A stretch of DNA of 64,000 bases from assembly GCA_040954595.2 (NCBI GenBank), contig CM082588.2, forward strand, positions 1,417,935 through 1,481,934, in the 5' to 3' direction. This DNA is from Balanoglossus misakiensis. Its lineage: Eukaryota; Animalia; Hemichordata. Below are positions 1 to 15,000 of the stretch, one piece after another. Positions within the stretch are counted from its first letter, which is position 1; each line of letters starts with the position of its first letter. The translations under genes and the position numbers were made by a program. The notes below the pieces were generated by a model that made no database searches, was not told the DNA's origin, and saw nothing but the letters and a program-made list of their open reading frames with translations.

Positions 1-3000
1 TCAGGCAGCCACTCATGGTTGAGGTGTGTAATATAGACGACATCGACTCTCACATGATACGGAGTATTCGGCTTCAGTGGGACATTTTCACCAATCACGT
101 TATAGTATGTGTTGTTTCCTCCAGCCTTCTCAGCATCTGGGATTGTCTGTGTTTTCCAGATTGTTTCTCCAGGCTGAAAGAGAGGATTTCATTGGTGTAA
201 ATCCTAACCTAATCACAAAACACCACTGTAAACGAGGGGGTAGGGATAGATGGAAATATGGGGGTATCTAACCCATATATGCATCTTCAGAGCACACAGG
301 GAATGAACACTATGCATCCAGGATTTTTTCATCTGTCGGTACTTGTTACGCAACTCACCTCAAGATATTTGAACGAGTGTCTGAGAACACTGTTGTCAGA
401 GGACGACGTCCATGAAACGTTAAACGTGGTGTTTGTTCGTACCACTAAATAAACATCGTTAGGTTCTTGGAAGGTAGCATTCTGCACAGGTTCACACTCG
501 CTGTAGTCATCACCTAAGGCTGGATAGGCACGCACCTATCAGAGAAAAGCAAATGTCAGATATCTTACGTATGAGCCTCTAAACACCAAACTATTGGAGG
601 GCTATAGTTTGCAAGTTTTGATAGACAAGCAGATGAATGAAAAGATGGCCAGTTATCATGGCGACAGACAAACACATGTAGAGATAGATGGATGGCTAAC
701 TTAATCAATGCAAGTTGTGACACACAGATAACCAAACAGAGACACTGATAAATAAACATCTGACCATAACTGTAACAACTTTTAACCACACCTAAGCACA
801 TGACATGCCCAACTACAACCAACTGCACCAAGCAAGCCATTAATTTCACCACAAACTCACCTTGAAATAATACGTTGTCCCTTCTTGCAGATTGGACAAG
901 TACATGTAAAAACCATCAGCCGTCTCACCGATCTCCTTATCATCGATGACAATCCACAGTGGTTGAACTTCAGAGCTGTACACCACCTTGTATCGGATCT
1001 CGTCTACGGGACCATTGGGCTCAGCTGGGGGCAGCCACGTCACGTTGGCCACATATGAAGTTCGGATGTTGATGTTCAGGCCTTCAACGGGTGATGGAAC
1101 TAACATCGAGACAAGCAAAGTTTAACATCAGTGATTGCAAGTACTCTGGTAAGCTAAACTTGTTATGTTTTCAGCATATAGCAGTGTGCGTCCAAAATGC
1201 TAGTTAGTTTTAAGGGAACATGTACATAAATTGCTCTATGAATTGAAATGATTTTAGGGGCTCTCTCACCTCCAGGATCAGTTTGATAGTTTTTAATTTC
1301 GCCCAACTGTGGTGTGTCTTGCGTGTAGTAGTTACTGGTAGAGGCTTGAAGCAGATACCAGGTGTAGGGTTCTAAACCATCAATGATCAATCTCTCATCT
1401 TCGGAAGCCTGTGGAAGGACCAAACAGGGATAGAAATTTCATTCATGGACACAATATCACAGGTGCACATCACTGGACTGGCAAACTATAGGATCGCAGG
1501 ATCACATGTATATCACATGCTGATTGTTTACTTGGTGCAGTTACTAAAATATCACACAAAAGTTGTCGCAACTTACCAACGTCTCACAGACGACTTCATC
1601 ACAAGGAAGGATGTGGCCTGTGCCTTCATCAAACGAAGCGTAATGCACTGTGTACGTAACTGAAGCCTTGCTGATCCCCTCGCATTGTGGGGGCCATGTG
1701 ATAGACGTCAGGTTTAAGGCGAGGCTGTCACTTGTAGATGACGCAATCACAATGAGCCCAGTGTAGTGCCCCGGTGCCAGACATGATATATCTTTAAGTC
1801 GAAAAGTGCAGAAAAGAAGTTAGTTTACCGTTATTCAGAATGGAAAGTCTGTACACATGACATCTGATATTGTTTTAGAATCACTACCCGTTGTGCTATA
1901 CATGGTTCTATCTCTGCATGCACCCAGAGCAAGTAATGATAAATGTCCAATACATGGCTTATCAACACAGGTTGTGTATGCTATGTGCAGAGTTGTTACT
2001 GACACTGAGATCTTACCTGGCATTGGCTGTAGATGATCACCATATGCAAAGACATTATTGACATCTAAGATAGCTCGTGTCTGGAAATTGCTTCCGTCTG
2101 CCTTGTCAATGCTATTAAACACTCCCTCTGCTGTGTTTGTCCAGTAGACAGATTTGTGATCTACAGTCAGAGAATCTGGAGGCAACCCTGTTTTGGACAA
2201 TAATAGATCATTATTACAAAATTTATTGGGGTGCAGAATAATGTAGAAACAGACAGCCACTGCAGTTTAAATAGAATGTTCCACATCAGCACAACTTACC
2301 GGCCCTTGCAACACTGTTAGCATCCAGTAACTTTTGGCACTGACAGGCAGTTGTATCTGATCTCCACAGATGACCCTCATCTGCATCAGCAAAGTAGAGC
2401 ATGGGACTATAAGCATCTGATTGGTCAATGGCAATCACCTGACTGACAGTTAGATTTGATTGGCAGTTACAGGCAGAGACAGTGTTTCTCTTTCTCCTTG
2501 AGGATTTGCTGAAGAAGTGTTGAACGTTTTGGCCCAGCAAATCGGATGTCATCATTACTCTGTTGTTTTCAAACTCCTCAGTCCAAAACAAATGACTGAA
2601 AAAAGAAAAAAAAGATGATTTACAACTGAGCGTGAACAGAATAATGTCAGCCCCAACCATGCACACACCAACTGATGTAACACAAATCAACTTACAGATA
2701 CAGATTGTCTTTTGAGCTGGGAATGAGGAAAAACATACCTCTGATATGGATCAACCACAATTTGACCAATTTTGTTGGATCTTGATTGGATCTGTATCTC
2801 CTTGTTGGTGTTGAGATCGTAAAGATGAATACTTCCTTCTTCATTTGACGTCTCTGTCCAGTACAGACTCCGCCCAATCCAGTTAGTGGCAAAACCCACA
2901 GGGACTGAGGCAGGAGCAACAACCTAAGAAAAGATTATTGGCATATACTACTGTAAAGCATGTCTTAAAATCGAAATTCATGATCTTATATTTCAGAATA

Positions 3001-6000
3001 GCACAGTGAACTCTAACTTTTACATTAGACTGATCATATATCCTTACAAACAAGAATGATGTGTTATCTACCTCTCTATCTTGGCCATCGACACTTTCCA
3101 TTATTTCACCACTTCGACCATTAACCCAAAACAGGGAAGACTCGTGGGATATGTATCCCAGAAATACGGGATCACTGGGGTCAATCACAGTCATGGAATC
3201 ATCGTTATCCAGATCAAGACGATCCACTCCGTCACTTTTCAAAACTAATAGAGTGGGTGGTGGATTTTCAACTGTAGGAAAAAAAACAGGACATGGGGTC
3301 AATTTATGTTCTTTGAAAGTCATGCACAACTGGATAGCAATACAGTATACAAAAGTATTTTTTTTCCAGTGAATGGTTTTTGAAACCTGGCTATGATCGC
3401 TTACCTTCTGTTTCTATGGTTATAGTGTCTGTTGACTCGCCATCACCAACTTCAGTAAATGCTGCAAACTGCAACAAAATGTGGCATGCTCATATTTTAG
3501 CTACAAAATGAATAACTAAAACTCTCTTTCACAGTGTAAATTGATTAACAGCCAGTGTGCTGCATTGTGCACAGGAATACCAAGTCTGTCTCTCGAAGGA
3601 GGTGAAATACATGTACTGCAAAACCTACTGTTATATAGTATATGCTGTTGGGTTCCAAGTTTTCCGTGTGGTGTTCAACAGCATCGCTGTCGAGAGTCAC
3701 ATTTTGCCAGCTGATGGTGTTGTTTGTTTCAGTGGCCACATACATGTGATAGCCCAGCAATATCCCGTTGATAACGTCTGGCATCTCCCATCGGACGTCG
3801 GCACTGATGTTTTTCTGGCTGGTGTATATGTCCGTGTCGTGTTTGCTGAAGGCTCGTGCGTTGTTTGGAACGCTGGGCACTGCAGTGATCAAGAAGTTGA
3901 ACTGTGATACTTTTCAAGGAGTTTTAATGGTTAAGAACAGCAGTTACTGTGTCATGTGCACTGGATATCAAAGCCTAACATTGGTCAACATTATGATTGG
4001 TTCCCATCTTAATCACATGACCCCAGACAGCCAGTTATTGGCGAGCGTGATGCCCATGTGATATAAAGCATCCAATAGCAGCATACATGTACCTGACATT
4101 GGGGATGTCCTCCTAACAACAGTGCGCTGCGATGTCGCCCAGTAGGTGTATGCTTCTAGGGTTATTTCCATCTCCGTGAAGGGGGGTACGCTGGTTAAAT
4201 TGTGATACGGTTCTGTCAGAATCTGAAAGGGGAAAATCGTGAAGTCAGACATAATCCAGACAATGTTCAAAAACAAATTTCTTAATTAAGAGACATTAGC
4301 AGGGATTAACAGTAGTCAAGTTGGGAGTGGTTGGGAGAAAAATGACATATTCTTTTACCTCTGAGACTCTTTCGTTGTCATATGTGAGCAGGTATTCATA
4401 CCAAACAGTTCCAAATGTCACCTCATCACTGGCTGGCCATTGTATCTGGAAATTATCCCACACTCCAACCACCTGGATTAAGTCTGCCTCTATGGTGTTG
4501 GGTACTACCACTGGAACACGGTCAAATCCAGCTGTAAAAGTGGACATACAAGAACGTTTGTCAGGTTTTGAGATTTGATTAGAATGGTTGAATATGTCAA
4601 ATCTGTATTAGTGGCCACCTCAATAATAGTGGCCACCTGTGTTAGTAGTAAGATGAAATAATACATGTACTTGCCAGGAAGGGGATGCAAGGAAGACTGG
4701 ATCACACTGAGTGTTCGGAATTCCGATGACATCAACGTTGCTTGGCTTTCACTTCTAATGGTACTGACAATGACATGATGGTTCTCGTTCAGCCAGAACA
4801 ATCTGTCACTGTAGTAATGTAATGCTGGTTGCCTGTAATTCATGAGAGAAACATGACTGTCAGAGAAATGGTTTTTAAACATCCTGCTTGTAGATTACAA
4901 GTGTCTGTTACGTCTGTCTTCATTAAAGTACAGAAACAAATGCAAAGATTATGTGACAATAAAGTCACTTGTTTCTTGTCTACAAATTTACTTACATTGT
5001 GTAGGAGTTGATCAGTGCGATTTCTTCAGTGGTGGAAGTTGGATCAGAACTGAAATAGAGCAAATTACAAATTAGGGTTTAAAATACATGTATCAGTATT
5101 ATTTTCTCACTAGTGAATTGCATCTCCAGAGGGCACAATGCAATATTTACCTGACGTGTGCCAAGTCAGCCTGGAACACTCTCAACCCAGAGCTAGAGTG
5201 GACAAACCAATGAACTTTACTGTCATCAAAGTTCAAGGTCAAACCAGCCACCTCCTCTCCCGTGAATGATTCCAGTTCCTGGTAGATGAAGTAGCCATCA
5301 CCACTGAGCCTGGCACACTCCACGCTGCTTGGAGTGGTCCAGTAGATGAAGGCTTGGACTGAGTCTATCGCGATGTCGGAAGCTGATGATGACTGGACGA
5401 GTTCAGATACGGATCTTGAGCCATCTTCTTTCACAGAGGCACGCCAGATCTATTAGTGTTGAAAGACATTTATCAGTGACTGCGAGGGTTTTTAATTAGT
5501 ATCATTGTGAATCCTAAAACCTAAGAATTAATCACATGGGCCAAGAAGCAGGCCAGGTAATATACATGTACCTGCCTTCTTGACAAACCTCTTTCCACTT
5601 TGATTTGAAAGAAGACACTTACTACGTTCTGTGTCTTGTCAGCCCAGTATAATATTCCTGAGAACCAATCCACTGCAATTGCTTCAGCTGTGCTGATGTC
5701 TTCCACAGTTCTTGTGTCATGATTGCTGTCATTTCTTTTTGCAAACTGAACTCTGCCGTCCTCATCAGACCAGTACACCATGTCCTCTCTCCAATCAAGA
5801 TCTGCAGAGAATTCAAAGAATTGATAGACACCATGCAATGCTGTGTAAGCAAAGGATATGTACATGTATATGGTACATATATGCATGATGTGATATGCCA
5901 TGTGACCAATCAGCCAATTGTATGTAGTAAATGTAATCACACATGAATGAGTTTATCATGGACATTACCTGTGATTTCAGCCATGCCAGACAGCAGGAGC

Positions 6001-9000
6001 CCTTGCTGACTTCCATCAATAGCTACACGTATGATGTCTGTGTGATTAGTCACTAAGATATAAGGACTTGTCTCAGCTGAAAAAAATAAAAAAAACATAA
6101 AATATATGATAACATGTATTTCATGAATTGAATACTAGCACATGCCCATCTTATTGGCGTAAGATGGTGGCGCATTGGACATCCCTCTCTCCCTCCGTCC
6201 CTCTCTCCCTTTCTGTCTCCCACCCATATCTCTTCTCCCTCCTAGTACCTCCCTCCCTCCACTATGCCTTACCTGACTGCAGAGTTTTTCCCTTGAAGGC
6301 TGGGGACCACCCCCCTACTCCACCAGGAGAACCAGCTCTGACCTGGATGTCGTACTCAGTGTCGGGATCCAACCCTTCAACTCTGTGGCTTGTACTAGTG
6401 ATGCCACCCTCAATGGTGATGTTGCCAGTTTCAAGATTACGAACATCTATCTCATAAGTCCACTCTCTCCAAGCACCCCTCCCTGTGAAACGAGCAAAAA
6501 AGAGAAATGGATTTTTTGAGAAAAATTCTACAATTATGGCATTTAAATCAATCAAAATTGAAGGATGTACAACAGTTGCAGCATGCATTTTTTCCACGGG
6601 AAAGACCCAAACAACATACCTGTAAAATCTAACTTTTGTGGTTTGTTCCAAGTGACAAGAGCAGAGGTCTCCGTGTAAAGCGCTTGAAGTTTTGTCAACG
6701 GTGCTACAGGAACTGGGTACGGCTGTGATGTTGCATGGCTGATGGCAAGACCATTAAAATCGACCTCATCTCCAAAATGTAAAAAAAATCCTACATCGAA
6801 GTGAGAGTACAGCCCAGTGTCAGTGTTCAGTTCCTCTGTGTACAGTTCACGTTTCCTCACAGTCCATGTGAAGAAGTCATCATAATGCACAAGCCCGGTT
6901 ACATCTTCAAGCTCTCTTGACGCTTCGATTATACTGTCGTGGATTGGCACGAGGTCGGTGCCATCAACAAAAGCCGAGATGAAAGTGTCCTCTGATTGGT
7001 TGACGAAGAAAACACGAAAAGCTGAGTAGTCTGTTGCTATGGCAGCCAGGTTGCTGTGAGGGACGATCAGCTCTGCAGTAGACCCCCCAGCTTCTTCAGC
7101 GTCTGCTAAATCCACGCGATACAATCCATGGTCTTCTCCAATCTGTGTCCAATACAGGAACCTTAGATGCAGAAAACAGTGTCACAAGACTGGTTAGAAA
7201 AGCGTCAATCTTTCCAGGCAGATCTTTACGATACAAATAGAAAATTTTACTCCAAGTGGAAAACGTGAAGGAATCACTACTTTTCATACATGGACATCTG
7301 TTACCATAGATACTCATAACAAAACAATGCACAAAGATGATCTTACCCATTATATGGATCAACAAGGATGTCACTAGGTGAAGGATCTAACTCAGGTATT
7401 ACGATCTCAGCATCGTCGCCGACCAAATCACATCGTACGATCTGTAAAAGCAGAATAACAACAACAACATTAAAACTTTTATCAAGGTGTTCAGAGTGCC
7501 AGTCTTGCCAAAAAGGGTAGCCTACCTTGTCAAGTAAAAGTGTCTTAAACCAAGCTTACCAAAGTGACCAGAGTCAAACTTATTACATAGAAGTAGTAGG
7601 GCTTTCCATTACCCAGTGAAGGTGGCCAGACACAGCATCTAACTTACCGTATCATTCTCCACAAAATAAAGTTTGTCGTACAACCAATCCACCGATATCG
7701 CTGTTATAACATCATCTCCATTGTATATGAAATCTGTGTCGTTAACTCTGTTGGGGTCTCGGCCAGTTTTTCTGAATAAATTCCTGTCACTATCAGAATA
7801 GAAAAGCAGGTCTTTCCAATAGTGTACCCCAACTCCTAGAAAAGTGAACAATACAACAAAGTAAAACTTGAGAAGGCCTTTGTAAACCAAAAGACAGTAA
7901 CCTGGGATGCATGTCGCACAAAAAAACAGAAGTTCTTGCAATACATTGGCTCAAGAGGGCGTCATAAGTACGTTGCTGGAATCTGGCACCAGTGCTCCAG
8001 TTGTAAAGTTAATTGTCCAAATGATTTGTTTTACCTTGTATAACTGAAGGCAGGGTCTCTAGTGTTGATTGGAAAGGGTTCAAGCGCTCTAAGAAGGGAA
8101 ATGAGTACAGATCCATATCCATTGAAACCAAGATATCGGCATCATCAGTAGTAGCTGTTGAATAAAACATTAATAAGACTTCAGAAGGATCTAGTGTAGT
8201 GGCATATGATTACAAATCATTAGGCTCAAAGCAATTATCTGTCTGTCTAAGACATAACCTTTTATGCAGATAGTTAATGTTGGCAAACACTTGAATCAGA
8301 ATTTAAGTAAAAGTAGAATCCTTCACATTACCATTCGGTTTTGCTTCAGTGGTGATATTTTCTACGGCAGCGGGACCATGTCCATCAATGTTGCCGGCCG
8401 ACACTTGGATCTCGTAGAGTGTCTCTGCTTTCAGCAGAGTGAAGGTGTATGCATGTGTGGTTGGCGAGACATCTGCAAGTATCTGTGTGTGATGCTCAGC
8501 CAATACTTCCACTAGGGACAGGTGGTAGTTTGTCAGGGGTCCGTTGATGAAGGTTGGTGGGTCCCATGTTATGTGTATTGTACTGTGACTTGGACTGGAA
8601 AGTTCTGTGATGACCGGTGGACTAGATGGAACTTGAATTTAAAAAAATCAAGATAAAAACAATTTGTCATGTTTTTCAAAGACACTGTGCCTATTTCTAT
8701 CATACACGATTCGTCAACACTACTGATGAAAACTTTTTCATGTCATGTGAGAGACTCCAAACTCACCTCCAGAAGGCAGTGTTGTGATTGGGTTGCTTGG
8801 CGGGGAGGCTAGCATGTGCTTCGAAGTGATCACCCATATCACTCTGAATAAATAGGTCACATAAGGATGAAGATTTGTGACTTGTACGGTTGTTTCATTA
8901 AGAAGCTGAAAGAAAGAAAAGACAATAGTAAAACTGTTTTGCATTAATTCCTGAAAAATGAACCAATGATAAAAAATATACCATGGTTTGCCGTCATACC

Positions 9001-12000
9001 TGGTCTGGTTGGTAGTAACTCCAGTCACTTGGGATATCCTGGTATTTCCATTGGATCAGGTACAACACTTCCGGGTGATTCGCATCTTCCCATTCCAAGC
9101 CCAGACTGGTACTGTTGAGCGATCCGTGTATAAGCAGGGGTGCTGTGGGTTCACCGATGTTATCTGTAAGGGGAGGGGGGGAGATGATCATAGGTGAGTT
9201 AAGTTGGTTGTCTAAAATCTAGTCAGGGTTTCCTGTGTAGTCTGATGGGGAGACACTCAACTTGATTCTAGACTAGACAGTTGATAGATCAATGAATAAT
9301 CAATTTGTGTAGACAAGAAAGTGACAGACCGAATGAGAGCCAGAGATCTGATTCGTAGATGCTGTTTGCTTGTTTGAAAAAGACTGAAGTGACGAAGACT
9401 GATCAGTCAAAAAGTTGGCAAGACAGGATACATATACTACCTAAAGTACCAAGTGAAATGATAGTTTGATGCTAAATAGAGTTGAACAGGCGCTGGGAAC
9501 CAAATGCTGAGAAATTATCTCTTCATTAAAAGCTAGGGTGGCAAGGTCAGCCAAGTCAACCTCTCTCTAATGGAAGAAAATACCAGCTAACAAACCAAGA
9601 AGAGTTTTTAATCAACAAAAATTAGAAGTATCTCTAACAAAAGTCAGCTAAAGAGCAAGGTCTTAGTGCCTGGGGGAAAATGTATTCGTTTTCAGATTGT
9701 CTAGATAGAGTGAGGAATTTTTAATTGCACTGGACCGATTTGGGTTCATGAACTATTAGTATCAGGTCGTGTACTTTGATGCCATGAAAACAGCCTGGTA
9801 TTCTCTACACATACGCAATACAAACATGCATGCTTCCCGCCAAATTTTTAGGTAGAGTTTTCACAATTTTTTGTAGTTTGTGTCATTTTCTGATACTTTG
9901 GTCTTTATTTTGGACAAAATAAGAATAACTTTCAGTAAATGCAGGATTTGCCTTTCACAATAGGCTACACCCACCCACACAATCTCCCTCATTCGCTGTT
10001 GCCATGGATGCGTTAACCGTACAATCTCCGTCACGGATAAAACCTCGCCACATCCACCATGCTGACAGAGACCTATTGAGTTGTTTTCACTGGAAAGGTC
10101 GCTGTTGAAAAGAAAACTAGCAACTCACCGGTGATCTCAGCTGCGTACAAGTCAACCGCAAAATGGCACCCGAGAACGCAATGTTGAATCTGAGAAGTTA
10201 GAAAAGAGCTGGAATTAGAAAACTGAAATACAATCGGCATTGCACCAGCACCTCCTTGGATGCCACCTTCTATGCGGCGATTAAAAATCAGTTATTCCTA
10301 GCATCTCAGATGCCAGGACTCTGCCACTGTAGTGCCGCAATCAAACTTCATGTAAAATTCATCAAATACACATGTAAGACACAGTGAGACTGCTGGTCAA
10401 CACTCACACAGTTCACTGGGCAATTCAGAATTACACACACACTGGTTGACAAGTCCTGGTTAGGCAAGCGTGATTTGATCATTGTAAATATGAGACTTAC
10501 TTTTAATACAGTATCTGTCTGTTCTGTTTCATTCTGCAGAAAATAAAAGTAAAATGCAACAGTTATTGTTGTGGCAACACATTTGTATGCTTTATATCTT
10601 CCACACAACACAGCTTGTCTGTACAGATGATTGATCTACGGAGGTGTGTTTGTTTTTAAGCAGAGCTTATAACTCTCTTTGACCGCAAAATATTGTCTTT
10701 TCCAGTAATTGGTTGGCAGAAGTCACCAGACTAATCTGCATAATACTACTAGTATTTGAACAAATATTACAACACACTAGTTATTCCATGCACGCAATAC
10801 TTATAAATGACCATACTCATGCAATACCTTTATCTTTTGGTGACATACTTGTACTGATAATTTTAACTCAACTATGCTGTACAAGAAGTTTGAGACGTCT
10901 TGACGGAATGTTTAATCAAGGGCAAGAGAGAGTAGAAATGTGACCCTTTGTATACCAAGGGCAGATCAAAGAATGTTTCAATTAATTCTACATTTCAACT
11001 GTGCTATAATTCTGCATGTAGTAGTGGCAAAATGCATTGTTCAAATTAAAGGGATAGTAGCAGCAACTTTTCACAGCTACAGTTTTTGGCACTTCCCGAG
11101 TTGAAACACATCTCATATACCAAGAGCAGCAGGATCAATCATCACATGACAGTCAACTGACAGGAAGGAACCAATCATAGAAGTAGTTAGTTAGACTCTG
11201 AACTGTACGGACAGGAAGGAACCAATCACAGAAGTTGTTAGGTATCCTTATACGAACACAGTGAGGACATGTGGGAGTCAGAGACTTAACAGCTGGCCAT
11301 CTACTCATCCACCTCCGTGAGACATATGTTCATGTGGTCTAATATAAATATTTGAAACTCTCCAAGAGGAAATTGATTTCAGGTGACTTCCTGTTTGTCC
11401 TCTAACTTTAAAAGTATCTGCACGTGTCCGAAATAACAAAACTGAATCCGATATCAAAAGTGTCTGTCTCCGAGAATAACAAGTTTATTATATTCCTATA
11501 AACGTCCAGATTTGAAAACTGTGAATAAAGCCAGGATGTGCACGTTTTTCAATGACATGCATGAGCACAAGAACCAAAAGCCCTTTCTATCTTTGGCCTG
11601 CATTCTCATCACGACAGATTGGCCAGCAATATTTCGCAGATCACATGCTGGAAATTAAATACATTGTACGTCACAGTCAATTTACATCATACAGTGATGT
11701 TCTAATGTGGGAGTTGAATACGACCTGTATTTCAAGACCGGACGATCAGCAAGCATCGCTGAGCCCAGTCGCAGGCCATGTCAGCAGGAATGCACATAAT
11801 CGAGTCACATTACAGTCTGCAGCGTGTGTGGTGAGAGAGATGTGTGGGCCCTACCTAACAGTATAACCAGTACCTACAGGCAATCTTTTATATCTGTATG
11901 ATTTAAGACGAGTAGGCGTGTTCATGAACTTTACGACTTCCATTCCCAACTTAAATTTCACTGCTGACTCACAAATTCATCACTATGGAAAGTTCTACCC

Positions 12001-15000
12001 AATATACATGTACCAATCGCCAGTTTCCCAATGGATAGATGAAAAATACAATGAGTGACTAGAGGGAGATTGGTCTAGTGTGTTGTAGGGAGAGGCAATT
12101 CTTGTTACTGCACAGTCAAACAATAGATGTGCATTTGCTGTAAATAAAATGAGGCACCCAGACAAAACAGCAAAAGCACACACTCCAGGCAATTGGGATT
12201 TCAGCCATCAATGGTCGTGGACCTGTTGCGTAACTCATAATGGAAATGTTAATTGTGTGAGTGTTGGTTGTCTTTTGAATCGAGACGAGCCTGTGTTATT
12301 CTGTCTGAGAGAAATCACAGGTACACTTGTGTTCATGGTTGTATCTTCCTGTCCATCTTCAACACTGTTTCCAGGAATAAACATTAACTTGGTTTGTGAG
12401 ACACCATTGAAATGGATGCAAATTTTAATAGCAGAATTTTCTTCTTTCTACATTTTTTAACCCTGACTATGATGACATTGAGGTCAAGTAGTCAAAAATG
12501 TAGGTCACACTGTCATAAAATCATACTCTTCCCTAACAACCATAACATTTACGGTGCATACCACTTTAACAATGTTCTTTTTTACTGACCATTTCTCATC
12601 TGTGAGTTTGAAATTTCAGCTTGAATTTGTAAGAAAGAATAAAAACTTGTAAACAACAAACTTGATGGCCACCCTGGACAGGAATTCAAGGAATCTAGTG
12701 TATGTAGGGAAGTGATGACCTTTGTAAGATACACAAGTCTCAAATTTACACACAGGGTGATTTGGCAAGAAAACAATTTACATGTAGATGTATCTCCGTA
12801 GGGATGAGCGTGTGTATCTTGTGTGTGCGTGCATGTGTGCACACGCGTGTGTGTGCATGCAGTGCTTGCACACGAGTGCATTCTCTTTCCTTCAGTAACA
12901 ATACTTACACAGGCTCTTGCACAGCTGCTTAGAGAAGTATTCTGCCAAAGACTACAACCATATTTACACTGCAATAAACGAGAAAAACAGAATAAATCAA
13001 TCTTTGCATTATATTTTGATCAGCTTCCAACCAACAGGAGTACTATACGCAAGGTTTCACCTTTAGATTGAAGTGTCCGGCACTCTCATCTATTTGTTAA
13101 GTCTGTATTGTCCAGTTTGACGCTTCAGTTGTGAATTGGGAGGGGGAATTGTTCATTCAATGGAAAATCCTTGCAGTGGCTGTACTGCATAGTGGGTGCT
13201 TGCAGAATTATAAAGCTAGTTTTCCGTCAACCTTGCTGTTTTGTTCTGTCAGCACAGTTTCATACACATACGCACCATTTCCTTTGCATGCATGTTATTG
13301 TAAATGTGTAAAAACATTCACCAGGTCTGTTCAGATTATTATGATGTCTGCCCTCCGAGTTTTTTTCGGTCTTTATTCACATGTAACAAATGACAGTTCA
13401 AGAGCTCTGTCGAAAACTCAGAAGCCCGTATAACCATGGTCTGGAGATGGTTAATTTGACACATCCCTTTCAAATAACTTTTGTTTACATTATAATATTG
13501 CATGAAATTGGCCGGGTGGAGACCATTTCCTTGAATATCATAATAAACCACTTATAAAATGCCACAAATACATCATATCCTGTTTGTTAAAAATTTAAGA
13601 ACAAAGAAACCGTATGTGGTTGATACACAGAACAAAACTTCCATTTGGTTTTACTGACACTTTAAACTGAACTGATTCCAGCAAATACAGTATTCCGCGT
13701 CTCTCTGTAAGGAATCTCCCTTAGTCTCTCACTCTTGGGGTCTCACTACAGGGTCTGTGCATTTTTTCCTGTGTCTCTTTACATTACACTTTGTGAATAC
13801 ACATCAGTACAGAAGGCAGCAATGTCCCAATCAGCACTCTTCTCGGGCTGGCAAATGGCAATTACATGGATTTCAGACTGACGGAATACATTTCCAGCTG
13901 TGAAGAATGATGCTATAAACACTCTGTCTGTGGGGTACATTTTTGTTGATAGCCATTGATAAACCAAGGGGGAAGTTTATAACAGAAAGTGGGTGGTGGT
14001 ACTGTTCACTTTAAAGTTGTATAGGCCTCGGGGATAGATTTTCAGAAAAAAACATAGTCCTCTGAACTTTTCAATTCTTTGCTATACTGAAGTGTATGTG
14101 AGTCTGTCGTTTTGAAAAAAAGGAAGAAAACAGAGAGTGTTCATCATCTTGTTTTCATAAGACTTTTCTCCAAAGAGCTGAAATGTTGAAATTGGCGACC
14201 ATTTTGAATCTCAAATTTGACTTGAAAGCAAAGTGGACAACACACATCTAGATACTAGACTAGGCAACCTTCACCCCTCATAAAGATAAACTTCACTAAA
14301 AATAGGGCATGTATTTTCTTTCAGATAAACAATTATCACATTCCTATAAAATGCAATACAATACAGACTGGGAAACGTTTAATATCAAAAAAGTGTATCT
14401 CATATTTCTGGTACAGGTCAGTCTGGGTGGATTGAGATCAAATTTATGTAATAAATCAAATCTGTTTCATTTTCTTGATACTTACATTATCTATTTTACA
14501 CTCTGTTTCACACGTAAGGTCTCTGTCTATCACATTGGAATTGATCTGAAAGAAGAAAAAGAATATTTGGTTATACCTTGACAAAAATTAACAATACCTT
14601 GTCGGCTATTTGACTGATTGTATGATTGTAGAGAATGCCAGTCAAAATCACAAACTGCGTGACCGACCAGGGTTTGAAAACAGCAATGATGTATAACGTC
14701 AAATGCAGATTTTTTATGCATCTGTGATATGCAGTGTCAAATCCAGATATATGTCCACACACTGTGAAATCCTGGCAACCAGTCAACACTCACAGATGCA
14801 TGCATGATGCAAAGCAACCCTGGAAGCAGCCACAGTTATCTGTGCACTGGTTCTCCTCCCAGATAAACAGATCCCATTGTATACCCATTCTCACATAATT
14901 GCTAATTGTTCATTAGATTTTTAAGTCAACAAGGAATGACATCACAGCAGTATCTAATGGCCACCACTCTGCTTGTCCATTGAGTTGTTTATTTTCCAGC

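Noticed and set aside
1-9200. Alternative identity as LRP, SORL1 or a receptor phosphatase
   Set aside because: There are no LDL-A or EGF repeats and no VPS10 domain. Interleaved FN3/YWTD blocks after a Cys-rich N-terminus fit ROS1/sevenless.
14794-14819. Candidate ROS1 micro-exon GCFASCMH with a strong gtgagt donor
   Set aside because: It is 26 nt (46 nt with the upstream AG), which is incompatible with the phase-0 flanking exons.
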